DNA of 64,000 nt from positions 3,930,944 through 3,994,943 of the forward strand of contig OZ316894.1 of NCBI GenBank assembly GCA_973895155.1, read 5' to 3'. Position 1 is the first letter of the stretch, and the number at the start of each line of letters is the position of its first letter. Both the position numbers and the translations under genes were made by a program. Of the stretch, positions 26,861-38,700 are shown piece after piece. The stretch comes from Marsupella aquatica (taxonomy: Eukaryota > Plantae > Marchantiophyta). Below the pieces are notes generated by a model. That model was not told where the DNA came from and made no database searches. It saw nothing but the letters and a program-made list of their open reading frames with translations.

Positions 26861-27520
26861 ATGGCTCGCAATAAGCAGAAGGCCATGAATCGTTGCAGAG
26901 GTGAATCCTCTCAAGCACCTCAATTGTCCTTATATTCAGACATTGAGATTAACCAGAATAGTCCACATGTATGTGCAATTTGTGATGAGGGAGGGGATCT
27001 CATTGTTTGTGATGGGCCTTGCCACCGACATTTCCATAAGAATGTTTCCTGTCCTTTGGGTCAGCAATGGCTATGCCCAACTATATCCCTCGCTGATGGC
27101 CATGTTGGAGAATGGCTTTGTGTTGATTGCAAGAATGAGGAACATTCTTGCTTTAAGTGCCATGTGTCTGGAAAAATTGGTGAAGAGGTAAGAAAATGTC
27201 CAGACTCTCTCTGTGCCCGGTTTTACTGTCGGCAGTGTTTGGTTCCTGGCACAGCATCATGTGGACTCCATATTTGTCTTACTTGTGGACAGGGGCCCAA
27301 TGATGGGGCTAATGGCTTTTTGGTTCAGTGCATGAGGTGTCCTAAGGCATGGCACAAAGACTGCCTGCTGTTTATCCAGCAGAGGGGATTTGCCCATGAT
27401 CGAACAATTTGGGATCACTCAGCGCATGGGCAGCCCAAGAAGGGGATGTTTTACTGTCCTGACCATGACATTGACCCTACACTAGGCACTCCTGCTAGGA
27501 GCCACATATCTTGGATTTGA
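26861..27520 (+). CDS. Stand-alone EDM2/NSD-type composite PHD-finger protein (219 aa) carried by the outer CACTA
   Basis: Uninterrupted ORF; the ATG is in an accATGG context just after a tgcag acceptor. CAICDEGGDLIVCDGPCHRHFH...CVDC.EEHSCFKC...CGLHICLTC...CMRCPKAWHKDCL...YCPDHDIDPTLGTPARSHI matches the EDM2 PHD module as I recall it, including the YCxxHxIDxxLxTPxRxH tail. Confidence 0.88.
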   Translation: MARNKQKAMNRCRGESSQAPQLSLYSDIEINQNSPHVCAICDEGGDLIVCDGPCHRHFHKNVSCPLGQQWLCPTISLADGHVGEWLCVDCKNEEHSCFKCHVSGKIGEEVRKCPDSLCARFYCRQCLVPGTASCGLHICLTCGQGPNDGANGFLVQCMRCPKAWHKDCLLFIQQRGFAHDRTIWDHSAHGQPKKGMFYCPDHDIDPTLGTPARSHISWI

Positions 27521-28117
27521 TTGAGGCTGGATGGAACACAAACTTGAAATAGAGCTTTTTGATGGTTTCACGTGGACTTAAACAATTTTCAGAGTGCTAA
27601 AACATGTGGACTATTTATATGCAGTTTGATGAACTCCTCATGTATACACACTCTACGACAGTGCATTGCGGATTGAGGCAATTAATTTTGAGAAATCAAC
27701 TTTATTATCTTTTCCAGGGTAGGATTCCGATTTTCAAGCATGTACTTTGAGTGTGACTTTCCTCCATATTGATGTCTAAACTTCACTTGTAAATTTGTCA
27801 CTGGTGTCACAAACGTTACTTATTCTAGACCTGTCTGCTCACATTCCTAATAGGCAAACAAATACTGGAAATGATGAAGCCACAGAGATTTACGTTCATA
27901 GTATCATTCTGATGACACTGTATGTGATGCTCTATTTGTATGCAAGGAGAAGGTGCCCTACTACAGTGGATTTGAGAAACTGGGCTCTGTGGGTTTGAGC
28001 AATTGGACTGTGGTTGGCATCGGTTGTACAACTGTGACGGTAGGCCCAATTTTGTATGCATGTCACTCTGATTAAGTTTGAAAATCATAGTTTGAATACA
28101 ATTTCAATCAAGCTAGC

Positions 28118-30911
28118 ATGGCACAATTGCCACAGAATACGTTAGGTGTGGGTAGAACTCCAAAGTTGCCGCTCTTCCATCCAGCTAGAGTACAACATCG
28201 TGATGATGCTTTGTGGGTTCGAGAACAGAAGGCCTGCCACAAGAGTGGGGACCATAAGATGTACTGCCCTTGTGTGAACTGCAAAGGGAATTATAGGACT
28301 AATCGGAATACTGCTAGACTGCACCTTATTAAACATGGTCGGTACCCTGCATGTCAAGTGTGGGTGGGAGAGGGACAGGACTCTTCTGATGAAGAGTGGG
28401 GTGCTGACTACATGCCACAACATGGCCCTGAGGCATTGAGGGTAGCAAACCTTCAGCAGGCAACCTGTGCACAACAGCCAATTGTAGATGTTGAAGAACA
28501 TTTATTTGTAGATGTTCCAGAGTATCCAACTGTGGATGTTCAAGAACATCCAACTATAGATGTCGAAGAACATATCAGGGCTCTACTGGAAGAAACGTTG
28601 CTGAGAACCAGTGAAGAATCCCCTGAGCATGAGCTAGATGATCAGGACCGTTTTGACTTGGATTTTGTACTTGGGGATGATGAGAGTGAAGGAGGTGCCC
28701 ATCCTGTAAACCCCCTTGAAACCTCCAAAACTCCTGTGGAGACTGATCCTGCACAGTTATCTTTAGATGCAGCAATGCAACCTTTGTTCCCAGGCAGCAA
28801 AATAGATGTTGTGTCATTCATGTTGCTTCTGCTGAACATCTGTCATGGCCATGGATTCTCAAACAAAGGAGTGAATGCATTGTTGTCTTTGATGGGGGAG
28901 CATGGTATGCCTACAGAGCATAATCTGCCCAAGAACTTATATGCTGCAAAGCAGCTATTGAGAAAGCTTGGCTTGGATTATGAGAGAATCCCTGTCTGTG
29001 AGAAAGGTTGTATGCTCTTTAGGGGTGAGAATGCCAAGTTAGAAAACTGTTTAGTGTGTCAGCAGCCCAAGATGAAGAGAGTGGGGAATTCATTACAGGC
29101 AAGGAAGGTAGTGCGGTATTTCCCTATAATTCCCAGGTTGAAGAGATTGTATGCCACTGCTGGTACATCTAAACTCATGACTTGGCATCATGAGAATAGA
29201 AGCACAGACAACATGGTTCGGCACGCAGCAGATTCAAAGGCTTGGAAGCATGTGGATACAAATATTGATCGGGAATTTGCAGCTGAACCAAGGAATGTGC
29301 GATTTGGGTTGGCACTTGATGGGGTGAATCCCTTTGGGAATAATTCCACAGCTTGGTCTACCTGGCCAATACTGTTGTTGAATTACAATTTACCTCCTTG
29401 GCTTACCACCAAGAAGTTCTTTGTCATGCTAGCTATGCTGATTCCAGGACCTGATTCAGTAACAGAGGAACAGCTAGACATAATATTGGGCCCATTCTAT
29501 GAGGAGTTGGAGCTGTTGTGGAAGAAAGGAGTGCCCTGCTTTGACAAATTGCCATGCCCAGGATTGTCTCAACACTTCAACCTTAGGGCTGTGCTATTGT
29601 GGACAATCAATGATTACCCTGCATATGGTTTAATATCTGGACAACAACACTCTGGATACAAAGGATGTGTCATCTGTGGACCAGAATGTGTGGCACGTGG
29701 TTCTAAGCACTTGCAGAAATTAGAGTACAGTGGCCACCGTCGATGGTTAGCAGCAAGGCATCTTTTTCGTAGACCAGATAGTGCACAATACTTTGATGGT
29801 GCAATTGAGAGTCGACCTGCACCGTGTAGAATGACAAGCTCTGATAGAAAGAAGTGGTCTGAAATGATGGCCATGCATCATTATATATTAGAGAATGAAG
29901 AGACAGTGGCTCCATGGTACAGGTACATAAACCCTAGAAACTCTCCTATCCTTAGGCATATGGATCATAATTATGTTGCCCCATTGTGTTTGTATATTCA
30001 TGGTGGATCGTGCACTAATGTCTTCAGTGTTGTTGTTGCCATGCAGGATATATGATGCTACCAATGAGACTGTTACCAAACAAAGAGTGGATTTCCGGAA
30101 GGAGTGGATGAGGAAGCCTGCCAATCGAAGAAAACCAGTGGAATTTCCCGTAGACTGCCAAGAATTGCCACCTTTCAGGGAATGGTTTCAAACATTAGTC
30201 AATACCCATAATTTTGAGAAAGAGTCTGAGCGGTCATTACTATCTGCATACTCCACACCACCTAGTTTGAAGGCACGACTGTATAGGGCATGTAGAGCCT
30301 ATGGGCACCATTGGAGGACTATTCCATCCTTGGGGTGTTTGAGTGATTGTGATTCTGGTGCTTTCAGCACTTTTGATTCTGGGATGGCTTCTACATTCAC
30401 TGAGAAGCGAGTGGACAGGTCTGGTGCAACCATAGAAGAATCTGTACAGTATGTAGGGGCCTTGACAGATATCTTGGTACTGAATTATGGCAGCTTGAGG
30501 AAAGAGGTGATTCTTTTCAAAGGGAAATGGGCAGATCCATCATGGACTCCTAAATCCTCTGCCAGTATGAGGTATACCAAGTCTGGTCTTTGGCAGGTGA
30601 ATTTCCATAGAGAACTGGGTGTGTCCAAGAAAATGGATTACGTTTTCCCAAAGCAAGTGGAGCAGGTTTTCTTCCACCCCAATGAGAAGGGGATAGCATG
30701 GAGAACAATCCTCCACAAAGAATCCAGGTCCACAAGGGTGTTAGGTGATTACACAGACATTGATTTCCATGCTACAATGGAAAACAATGCCAAATTACAC
30801 ATCGAATTGGCTAAGGCCTGTAGGTCCAGAGAAAATCCAGGACCAAGTACTGGTCCCAAACGAGGCAGAGATGCAGAGGGATCTGCAAGAAAGGGCAGGC
30901 CTAATCAGTGA
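28118..30911 (+). pseudogene. CACTA TnpD/Tnp2-type transposase of the outer element, internally deleted; exons 28118-29922 and 30047-30911
   Basis: N-terminal CPCVNC...HLIKHG, then VRYFPIIPRLK, VRFGLALDGVNPF and WTINDYPAYG. C-terminal LFKGKW...YVFPKQVEQVFF (DUF4216-like). A GT-AG intron at 29923-30046 joins the frames. The MHIE/KxHD/WMYxxER block is absent. Confidence 0.9.
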
Positions 30912-31002
30912 ATAGGTTTTAGCTAGGTGTGTGAAGTCCATAGATGGACTACATGTATGGACTATTTATGAAATCAGACTAATGGTTTACCCATTTGTGC
31001 AG

Positions 31003-34000
31003 TTGGTGAATGCAGCCTGTGAAAGGAAGATTGCAAGGGTTGTCACATTCTGTGAATCCTTATGAGGAGGCCCGAAATCGGAACATAGAGCATAATGTCA
31101 GAATTATGCGTGATCTAGGACTGGGGCCAGACTGCAAGCTGATGTGTGTGTTGATATGTCTATTGCAAATTTGATTTAGTAGATGGAGTTGTCAGGTTCA
31201 TGTTCTGTTTTCATATTCCAGATTGGTCTCATACTAGTATGGATCCTGTACATAAGTACTAGTGTTACGGTGTTGTAGATTCATTTTGCATGTATCTTTG
31301 ATCTGCATTGGTGTATGTTGATGATTGCTTTGTTCCTTAGAGGCCCAACCACACATGTACAACGAGAGAGAGGAAAGCCTGCTTTGGTGAAAGGTACTTC
31401 AACTGAAACATTGCCAAACAGGAGGAGCTCTAGACTATCAGAAGTTACCAAGGTGAACATGGCAGAGTTTGGTGATGATGGCTATGGTTCTCCTTCTGAG
31501 TATGACACTGAGGATTCTGACATTGGAGGATCAGAACCAGAGAGTGCACAACAGGTAATGCTTGAACTTCATCATCCTAATAGGAAGGGATCCTTGTCCC
31601 TTTTTCAAATTATATGTTGATATGCTTACGTTGTCCATGATGTAGGTACAGAAACAAAATCGTGGTCCTAAGAAGACTGGGCCTGGTGGAGGTGGGCTAG
31701 TGAGATGTTGGAAAGACCCAGACACTGGACTCTTATATGAAAGTGAGTGGATTGTACTGTTCTACTTTTCAGGTGTGTTTGGAAGTTGATATTCTACTTG
31801 GAAATGAAATTAATTGAAGTGCTTTGGTGTTGTGTGTTTGTTTAGTGGTTCCATCAGCATCTCAAGGCAGATCAGGTCAATCTGATGTACTACATTCCAG
31901 AGGATCTTCAGGTAATACACAATCTGCTCGTCATGCATATGCAAGTACATTTGCTCAACTTTTCAATCATGTACATATTTTTTGATTGAATGCATGTGTG
32001 TGCATTGCAGGAGGGGCCTCTGAGATGCGCAGGGAACGAAGGCATGCTAAGAAGCAGTTTGATAATGCTGCCAAACAACGAAGGGATTGCGGAGAGGTGC
32101 CCAAACACATTAAAGTGAGTATTGTACTTGTTTTGAATGTAGATTTAGACAAATCTGATCCTCTCTGTTGTTGTGTGTATAAAACCTGGACTCTGCATAA
32201 ATTCCAGAGTTATGATCTGACATTTTCTGTGAAATGCAGATTTATGACAATGATATTGATGATTCTGATGGCAACAAACAATACTGGCTGGAGGAACTTC
32301 GTGGCAACGTACTCAGAGTCTTTGATGTATCAAAGCCAAAATGGACTGATCATCCACAAGTTCATACAACCACTATGTGGAATAACATGGCAGCTGAGTG
32401 GGAGTATGTGGGTGGGGAATTTATTAACACCAAATTCCAGAGTCATTGTCGTGGCATATTGAAGAGAGAGCGCCATAAAATGCATGTTTATTGGAAGAAA
32501 GTTTGCAATGAGGATCCAACCAAACCTGGGCCATCTGGTGTTGATCCAAAGAAATGGGCAGCTTTGGTATCTCATTTTACCAGTCCAGCATTGATATCTT
32601 TGAGTAAACAGATGACTGATAAAAGAGCACGAGTGCAAGATACCTCTCACTTTGGAAAGGGAGGGCATGCTGCAGAAGCAAAGAGAATGGTAAATTGTCT
32701 ATCATTTTCACTATCAATTCTGTCTTGTTTGTGAATCTTGATGAAAACAAACTCTGTGATTTCTCATTCATTGTGTGTTTGAACAGAAGCAGAAGAGAGG
32801 ATCAAGCCCAGGTATATCTGACCTGAAAGAAAACCATGGTAGTCAGGGTTCATTGCCAAAGGTGACAATGAGCCCATCATTGGCAAGTGCAGAAGGTCAG
32901 ACTGGTAGTTTTGTGGGAGCAAAGGTGAGCCCATCATTGGCAAGTGGGGAGGGTAAAAGTGCTAGCTTACTGGGGCAAGGAAACAGACATGGATCAGCTG
33001 TGAGTATTGTCATACCAATTTGATTTGTACATCATTCTCCATTTGACAGAGCTAGTGTTGTGTCATTTGTAAGTTTGACAGTGAGACTGTTGTGTTGGTT
33101 TGTGGTTCATTTACAGACCCCACATTCAAAAGAAGAGATCACTGCCATTGGGGCTGTGAAATTGGATGTCGCTGAGTTGAAAGGCACTGTGAGGGAGTTG
33201 ACAAACATGATGACTACGTGGATGGCACATCACCCCAGTAATGCACAAGTTCCAACAGTTGTGCCTAGTCACAGTAAGTTGACTACAACTACCAAACAAG
33301 GTAGTAGAAAGCGATCTCTTACTTTTTCAGGCGATAATGAAGGTAAAATTCTCTATCATGTATACACTGTCCATTCAATGTAATTATTGTGATGTGTATA
33401 TGTCATTGCATGTTTATAATGTTCTTGCATGTTTTTAGTGTGATTATATGTTGCTGGTGTATACATGTTTGTTTATGCATTTCTTTTGTGTGTGTTTTAT
33501 GACAGCATCTTTAGGGGAGCCTCCTGTGTCGCAGGGAAGACCAACTGACACAGCTAACAGTACTCTAAAGCAAACTGAATTGGAAGTGAACCTTTTGCCA
33601 TCTAAATTGCCCAAAGAAGCCATTTCAGATGCCTTTCAGTTGCCAGAGGATAAGTCGACTCAGTTGACACCAGATGTAACCCCAGAATCATCTGAGTTGC
33701 CAAAAGAAACTCCCATTCCAAGTGAACAAGATGACACTCCATCAACTAGAAAGGGAAAGAAGAAAAGGAAGAAAGGATCCTCAGCAAATGCATCACCTGC
33801 ACAGAAGAAACCAATGCAGTCTTCTAAACCCGTTGCAAAGGTAAATGTGTGTTTGATTTGAGTGTTCTTCTATCTTTCAATTTCTGTTTATTGCATTTTT
33901 AACAAAATGTGTTGTTCACAGTTTGCAAGAGGAGATTTGGTGAAGATGAAGAGCGTTGTGGACAATTCCATGATAGTGGTAGAAGGTGAGGTGACAGGGC

Positions 34001-34182
34001 TGCCAGGAGAAGATAAGTTTCATTGTGCAGATTTTGAAAGCCCTTTCTTGTGAGTGCGTGTGATTGAAGTGTTTGTAGATGTGGCATTGCCATTTGCCAA
34101 TTCAGGGGAGAACCAGTCTAAATTATCTGATGTGAAAGGGATGAATGCCCTATGGAACTCTAGATTGCTTAAGAAGCAATAG
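31003..34182 (+). pseudogene. Multi-exon CACTA TnpA/ORF2-like accessory gene of the outer element; exon boundaries approximate
   Basis: NPYEEARNRNIEHNVRIMRDLGL near 31053. KPGPSGVDPKKWAALVSHFTS...TSHFGKGG resembles Ptta/En/Spm transposase_24. Coiled-coil and basic NLS-like segments follow. The C-terminal VVEGEV...VRVIEVFVDVALP...ALW domain has an in-frame TGA at 34051. Confidence 0.72.
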
Positions 34183-34399
34183 AAATAGCACTCTATCAAG
34201 AAACAATAGACATGATAGAATGACAACTCTGTTTTTCTATAAACATGCAGAGTGATTGGTATGTCAGGTTGTAACAATTGACAATCTAATATTATTGATG
34301 TCAATGTAATTTTGTTTCATAAATTTGCATTGAGTTCAATATTTACCGTGAGACTTATGAAGGTATCTTGTATGAATATCACACTACTACATATTTGCC

Positions 34400-34940
34400 A
34401 ATTTTGCGAAGGCGTTTTACAAGAGGAAGAAAGCTTTGCAAGATTAATCTCATCGCTAAACTTGCGATACGATATGCATTGCACTTAGCGAATCTACACA
34501 CATCGCAACACATAATTGCGAAACTTAGACCATCGCAACATTTTACCACACTTTAGGTATCGCAAAACATTTCCGAAGCAATTACCATTGAACAAGTTAG
34601 CGATCTTTACCGCTTCGCAAATTCATTGAGATGCGCCGGAAAACTAAATGGTTGCGAATATTTAAGCATCTCAAAATATTTTGCGAGTCTTATTGTCTCG
34701 CAAATGAGCGATGTTTGTGGAATATATGGCTAACTTGCGATAGTAATAGGCTCGCAAATCCTGTGCCTATCTAGGGTCTCATTTTGTGAATGTTTTGGTT
34801 TCGCAACTTTGAGATGGTGGTATCTTCGGAAGTTTGCGATGAGGGGATGATGGCAATTAGGGAGCAGTTAAGTATCGCAAATGTAGCGATGAGTTTGCGG
34901 GTGTAGGGGTTTCGCAAGATGTTTCGCAAAATATTATGAG
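34400..34940. repeat. Left subterminal TCGCA/TGCGA array of the inner CACTA
   Basis: Many tcgca, ttgcga and agcga motifs in both orientations, mirrored at 44790-45260. Confidence 0.85.
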
Positions 34941-35735
34941 CGCTTCAAAGAGGTGGAAAAGGAATGGGATTGGGGAGGGAGGGTAAAGGAGGGTGGATAC
35001 ATGTAATTTTTAGGGAGGGACAATGAAAAGGAGGAGGAAGGGAATGGGGCTAGGAGGGACAAGGAACGGAGGGATCCAAGAGGGAGGATACAGGTTTAGG
35101 GGGCACAAGGAAATGAGGGAGGAGGAAGGGTATGTGGATATAGTTTTAGGGAGGGTTTGGATTTAGGGAGTGAAAATAAAAGGAGGGAGTTTAGGGTTTA
35201 GAGAGGGACAAGGAAAGGAGGGAGGGTATTGGTTTAGAGAGGGACAAGGAAATGAGGGAGGTTTAAGGGTATAGGTTTAGGAGGGAGGAGAGAAGCTAGG
35301 TTGTATAGGTAAGAGTGGGGGACAGGGGTGGAAAGTAAGGAAAGTATAGGGTTGAAATAGAAAGCCAGGGGTTGGGACAAGGAGAGGAAGGAGGAAGGAG
35401 GGTTTAATAAGAGGGACAGACAATGAAAGAAAGGAGGAGGGAGGTGGGTACAAGTAATAAGGAGAATAGCTAGGGGGGGATTAGGAAAGCATGGAGGATA
35501 GAGGACTACAAGCAACATGAGTTTTCTTTGCATAAAGTCTACCAAAAGGTGTGGTGAGTGTGGGGTAGGGATGGGAGATATAGAAAACAACATTTGAAAA
35601 TGATATACTTACAAAACATAAGTTTATTGATAATTGAGAAGCACATATTTCTCCATTCTACCGAGAAGAGAAATCTTCATATCATCAAATCGAACTATAT
35701 ATCCGTGTAGCTATATATCCACAAACACAGACCCC

Positions 35736-38700
35736 TCAAACTTGGTCCTCATCATCTTCAGGTTGGGACACAACCAGAATATCAGGCTTTTCCCCAACGA
35801 TTGAACGAGACCGTGGCACATATGTGATGACAAGTGACCATTCCTCTGGGTTTGGGGGGTATGGAATATAGAAACATTGTTCCACATGACTTGGAAAAGT
35901 GAACGGCTCTGATGTTTGCCAATGAGATGGCTGGAAACTAGTGGCAGACGTCTTCAGTCGTGTAAATCCACACTCATCTTGAACCACAGTAGGATTGTTA
36001 CCTGCAAGGTTCACTTTGAACCACTTGCACTTGAAGACATACTCTTCAAACTTTGATTGTGCATCATAAGATATCACTAGAATCTCTTCTACCTTTCCAT
36101 AATGTGGCACAACATCTCGAATTATATTTGTGTCATGGCGACTGCTGCGGGAATCTTGAGAGAATTGTCCTTGAACTCCACAATCAAAGGTACGACCCCT
36201 CTTCTCATCAAGGGAAGAAATCCTAAAATCCATCAAACTATAAGGATATGTTACACAAAAATAGACACAAACATATTCCAATTAATTGAACACACCAAGA
36301 ATCTGCCTCTTCAATATACGTGCTTGTATTACAAATGAATTAAATTAAACCAAGTGATTCAAATCAAAGGTTACTAAGGTAGATGGAGATCACCTGAAAT
36401 GTCTTCCTTGTGTCCACATTGCTGTCCTTGTTGTAACCACTCTCAAGGGACCATGAACAATGGTACGAACATCATCTGTGATAGCCGGAAAATGTAATAC
36501 ACTCTCTCCCCTGACCACCATGTCATCCACCTCAACTAACTTCTCCTTCATATAGTCAAGGTACTTTGGAAAAATCCTTGGTCTTGTGCTGTTACTTTTG
36601 GCATCCTCATAGAAATCCCTCCATTCTTCCATGATAGTGTTGTTACTCAACATGAATGTGGTCAGTTGTTTCACCTCCACTGGTGTCAACATGCGAGTTT
36701 TCCTAGCACTTGTTAAACGATCCTCTTCATCTTCCCTCTCCTCTACCCAAGTACGGGGAGAGGTACAATCAATTGTGGCCAATATGTTACTACAATAGAA
36801 CATACTCTCAGCTGCTAAGTATCCTGTAGCCATGCTTCCCTCAACCCGTGCACGGTTACGTACATAACCTTTTAACACTGCCATGTATCGTTCTAGCCAA
36901 TACATCCACCGACAATGCACAGGACCTGCAATGGCCACCTCATGAACAAGATGAACAAGTAAATGCACTTGACAGTCAAAAAAGGAAGCAGGAAGGGCCT
37001 TCTCCAACTTGCATACCACCTCTGCTGCCAAAACCTCCATCCCAGGGATCTCATCAGTATATATCTCCTTAGAGCATACCCATCTCAATAGTTTTCCCAA
37101 TGACCAAAGGGCATCTTGCACTTCTTCACTTGCCAAACCTATTATGGCCACAGGCAATATGTGCTGCAATAACCTATGGTAGTCATGTGTCTTGAGATAC
37201 CTTGGCCACTTATGATTGTCCTCCATCCCAAAGGCCTTTCGGAGATTGGCACCATAACCAGTAGGAAACCGCATGTCTCCTATGCGATTCTGAAACTCCC
37301 TTCTCTGGCCAATAGGAAGCACCCATGGAGCTGAAGGTCGATGCTCGATCCCTGTGATAGGATCACTTATGACCCACATGTCTGGATGCATCTCAAGATC
37401 CTCACAAGCCTCCCTGAAGTTAGTGTCTTTCTCTCCATAGAAAGCCTTTATCAAAGCCTTTCCCATATTTCCCTCAATGTGCATGGGGTCTAATAGATGG
37501 CGGATCTTCAACTCACCCCAATAGGGCAAAGTGGTTAATATACTCCACCTTGTCAAGCCACTACTGTCAAATTGCATGGGATCCTCTGGGTCTACCACTC
37601 TTGCAGCCATGTCTTTCCAGTGTGTAAAAGTTGTTGGCTCAGGTACATCATGCTCGTCACCAAAGGGCATATCAATAGAGGAAAATAGTAGTGGGTCACG
37701 CCTCATCTGATGTCCCATTGGAAGAAACTTTGTATGCCCAAGATAAACAATCTTGCGAAGATGTGATGAATACTTGGCTACATCACCAAGGCTTGGGCCA
37801 CAAGTGGAGCAAGCCTTGTAGCCTTGGGTTTGCAACCCACTCACAAAGCCAAATCCTGGTCATATAAACACACATTATGTTAGGATTAGCACATGGAAAT
37901 GAGGGGATACCATGCATTAGAATATGATGCATTTAAACAACAAAGTTCTTACCTGGGTAGTCATGCATGGTCCACATACAAACCCCTTTGAGTTTGAAAA
38001 CCCGTGGGGTACCCCCTGTAGTCTTTCGACCATCATATGCCCATACTCCTTCCCATAATTTCTGGAGTTCCTGAACCAGTAATGTCAAATAGGTGTCCAT
38101 GTTCTTCACCTTCTTTGGCCCTGGGATAATCAAAGATAGCAACAAAAAACCCTTTTTCATGGACAACCATGGTGGAAGGTTGTAATTCATGAGAACCACA
38201 GGCCAGACCGATGTAGGTCTCCCCTTCCCTCCAAGTGAATGAGGGCTAACTCCATCTGATGCCAACCCCAGTCGCACATGCCGAGGGTCACGCTCAAAAT
38301 CTGGCCATGTTGATTCCACATGTTTATGAGCAGGAGAGTCAACTGGTAATCGCATGACACCAGGCTCCGAACGATGTTTCTTGTGCCATACCATCAACTC
38401 GGCCAAGTCAGAACATCTATACATGTGCAACAAGCGAGGAATTATGGGGAACCAACGACTGCTTTCCTTGGTACCTTCTGGGTTAGCATGTTTGGCTCAT
38501 ACCGTGGCTCATGACACACTGTGCATTCTGTGATATGGGCTGTATCCCCATGAAATAACATGCAATCATTCACACAGGCATGAATAATATGGTAATCCAT
38601 ACCAATGGATGAGAGAACCTTCTTTGCATCCTTCCAGGTCCCTGGCAACACATTCTCCGAGGGTAACATCAAGTCATGACAATATTCAAATATGTCTGAT

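Noticed and set aside
35234-35593. Pro/Leu-rich 119-aa ORF, and the similar 41958-42506 ORF
   Set aside because: Translations of low-complexity purine/pyrimidine tracts, or antisense to the TnpA-like gene.
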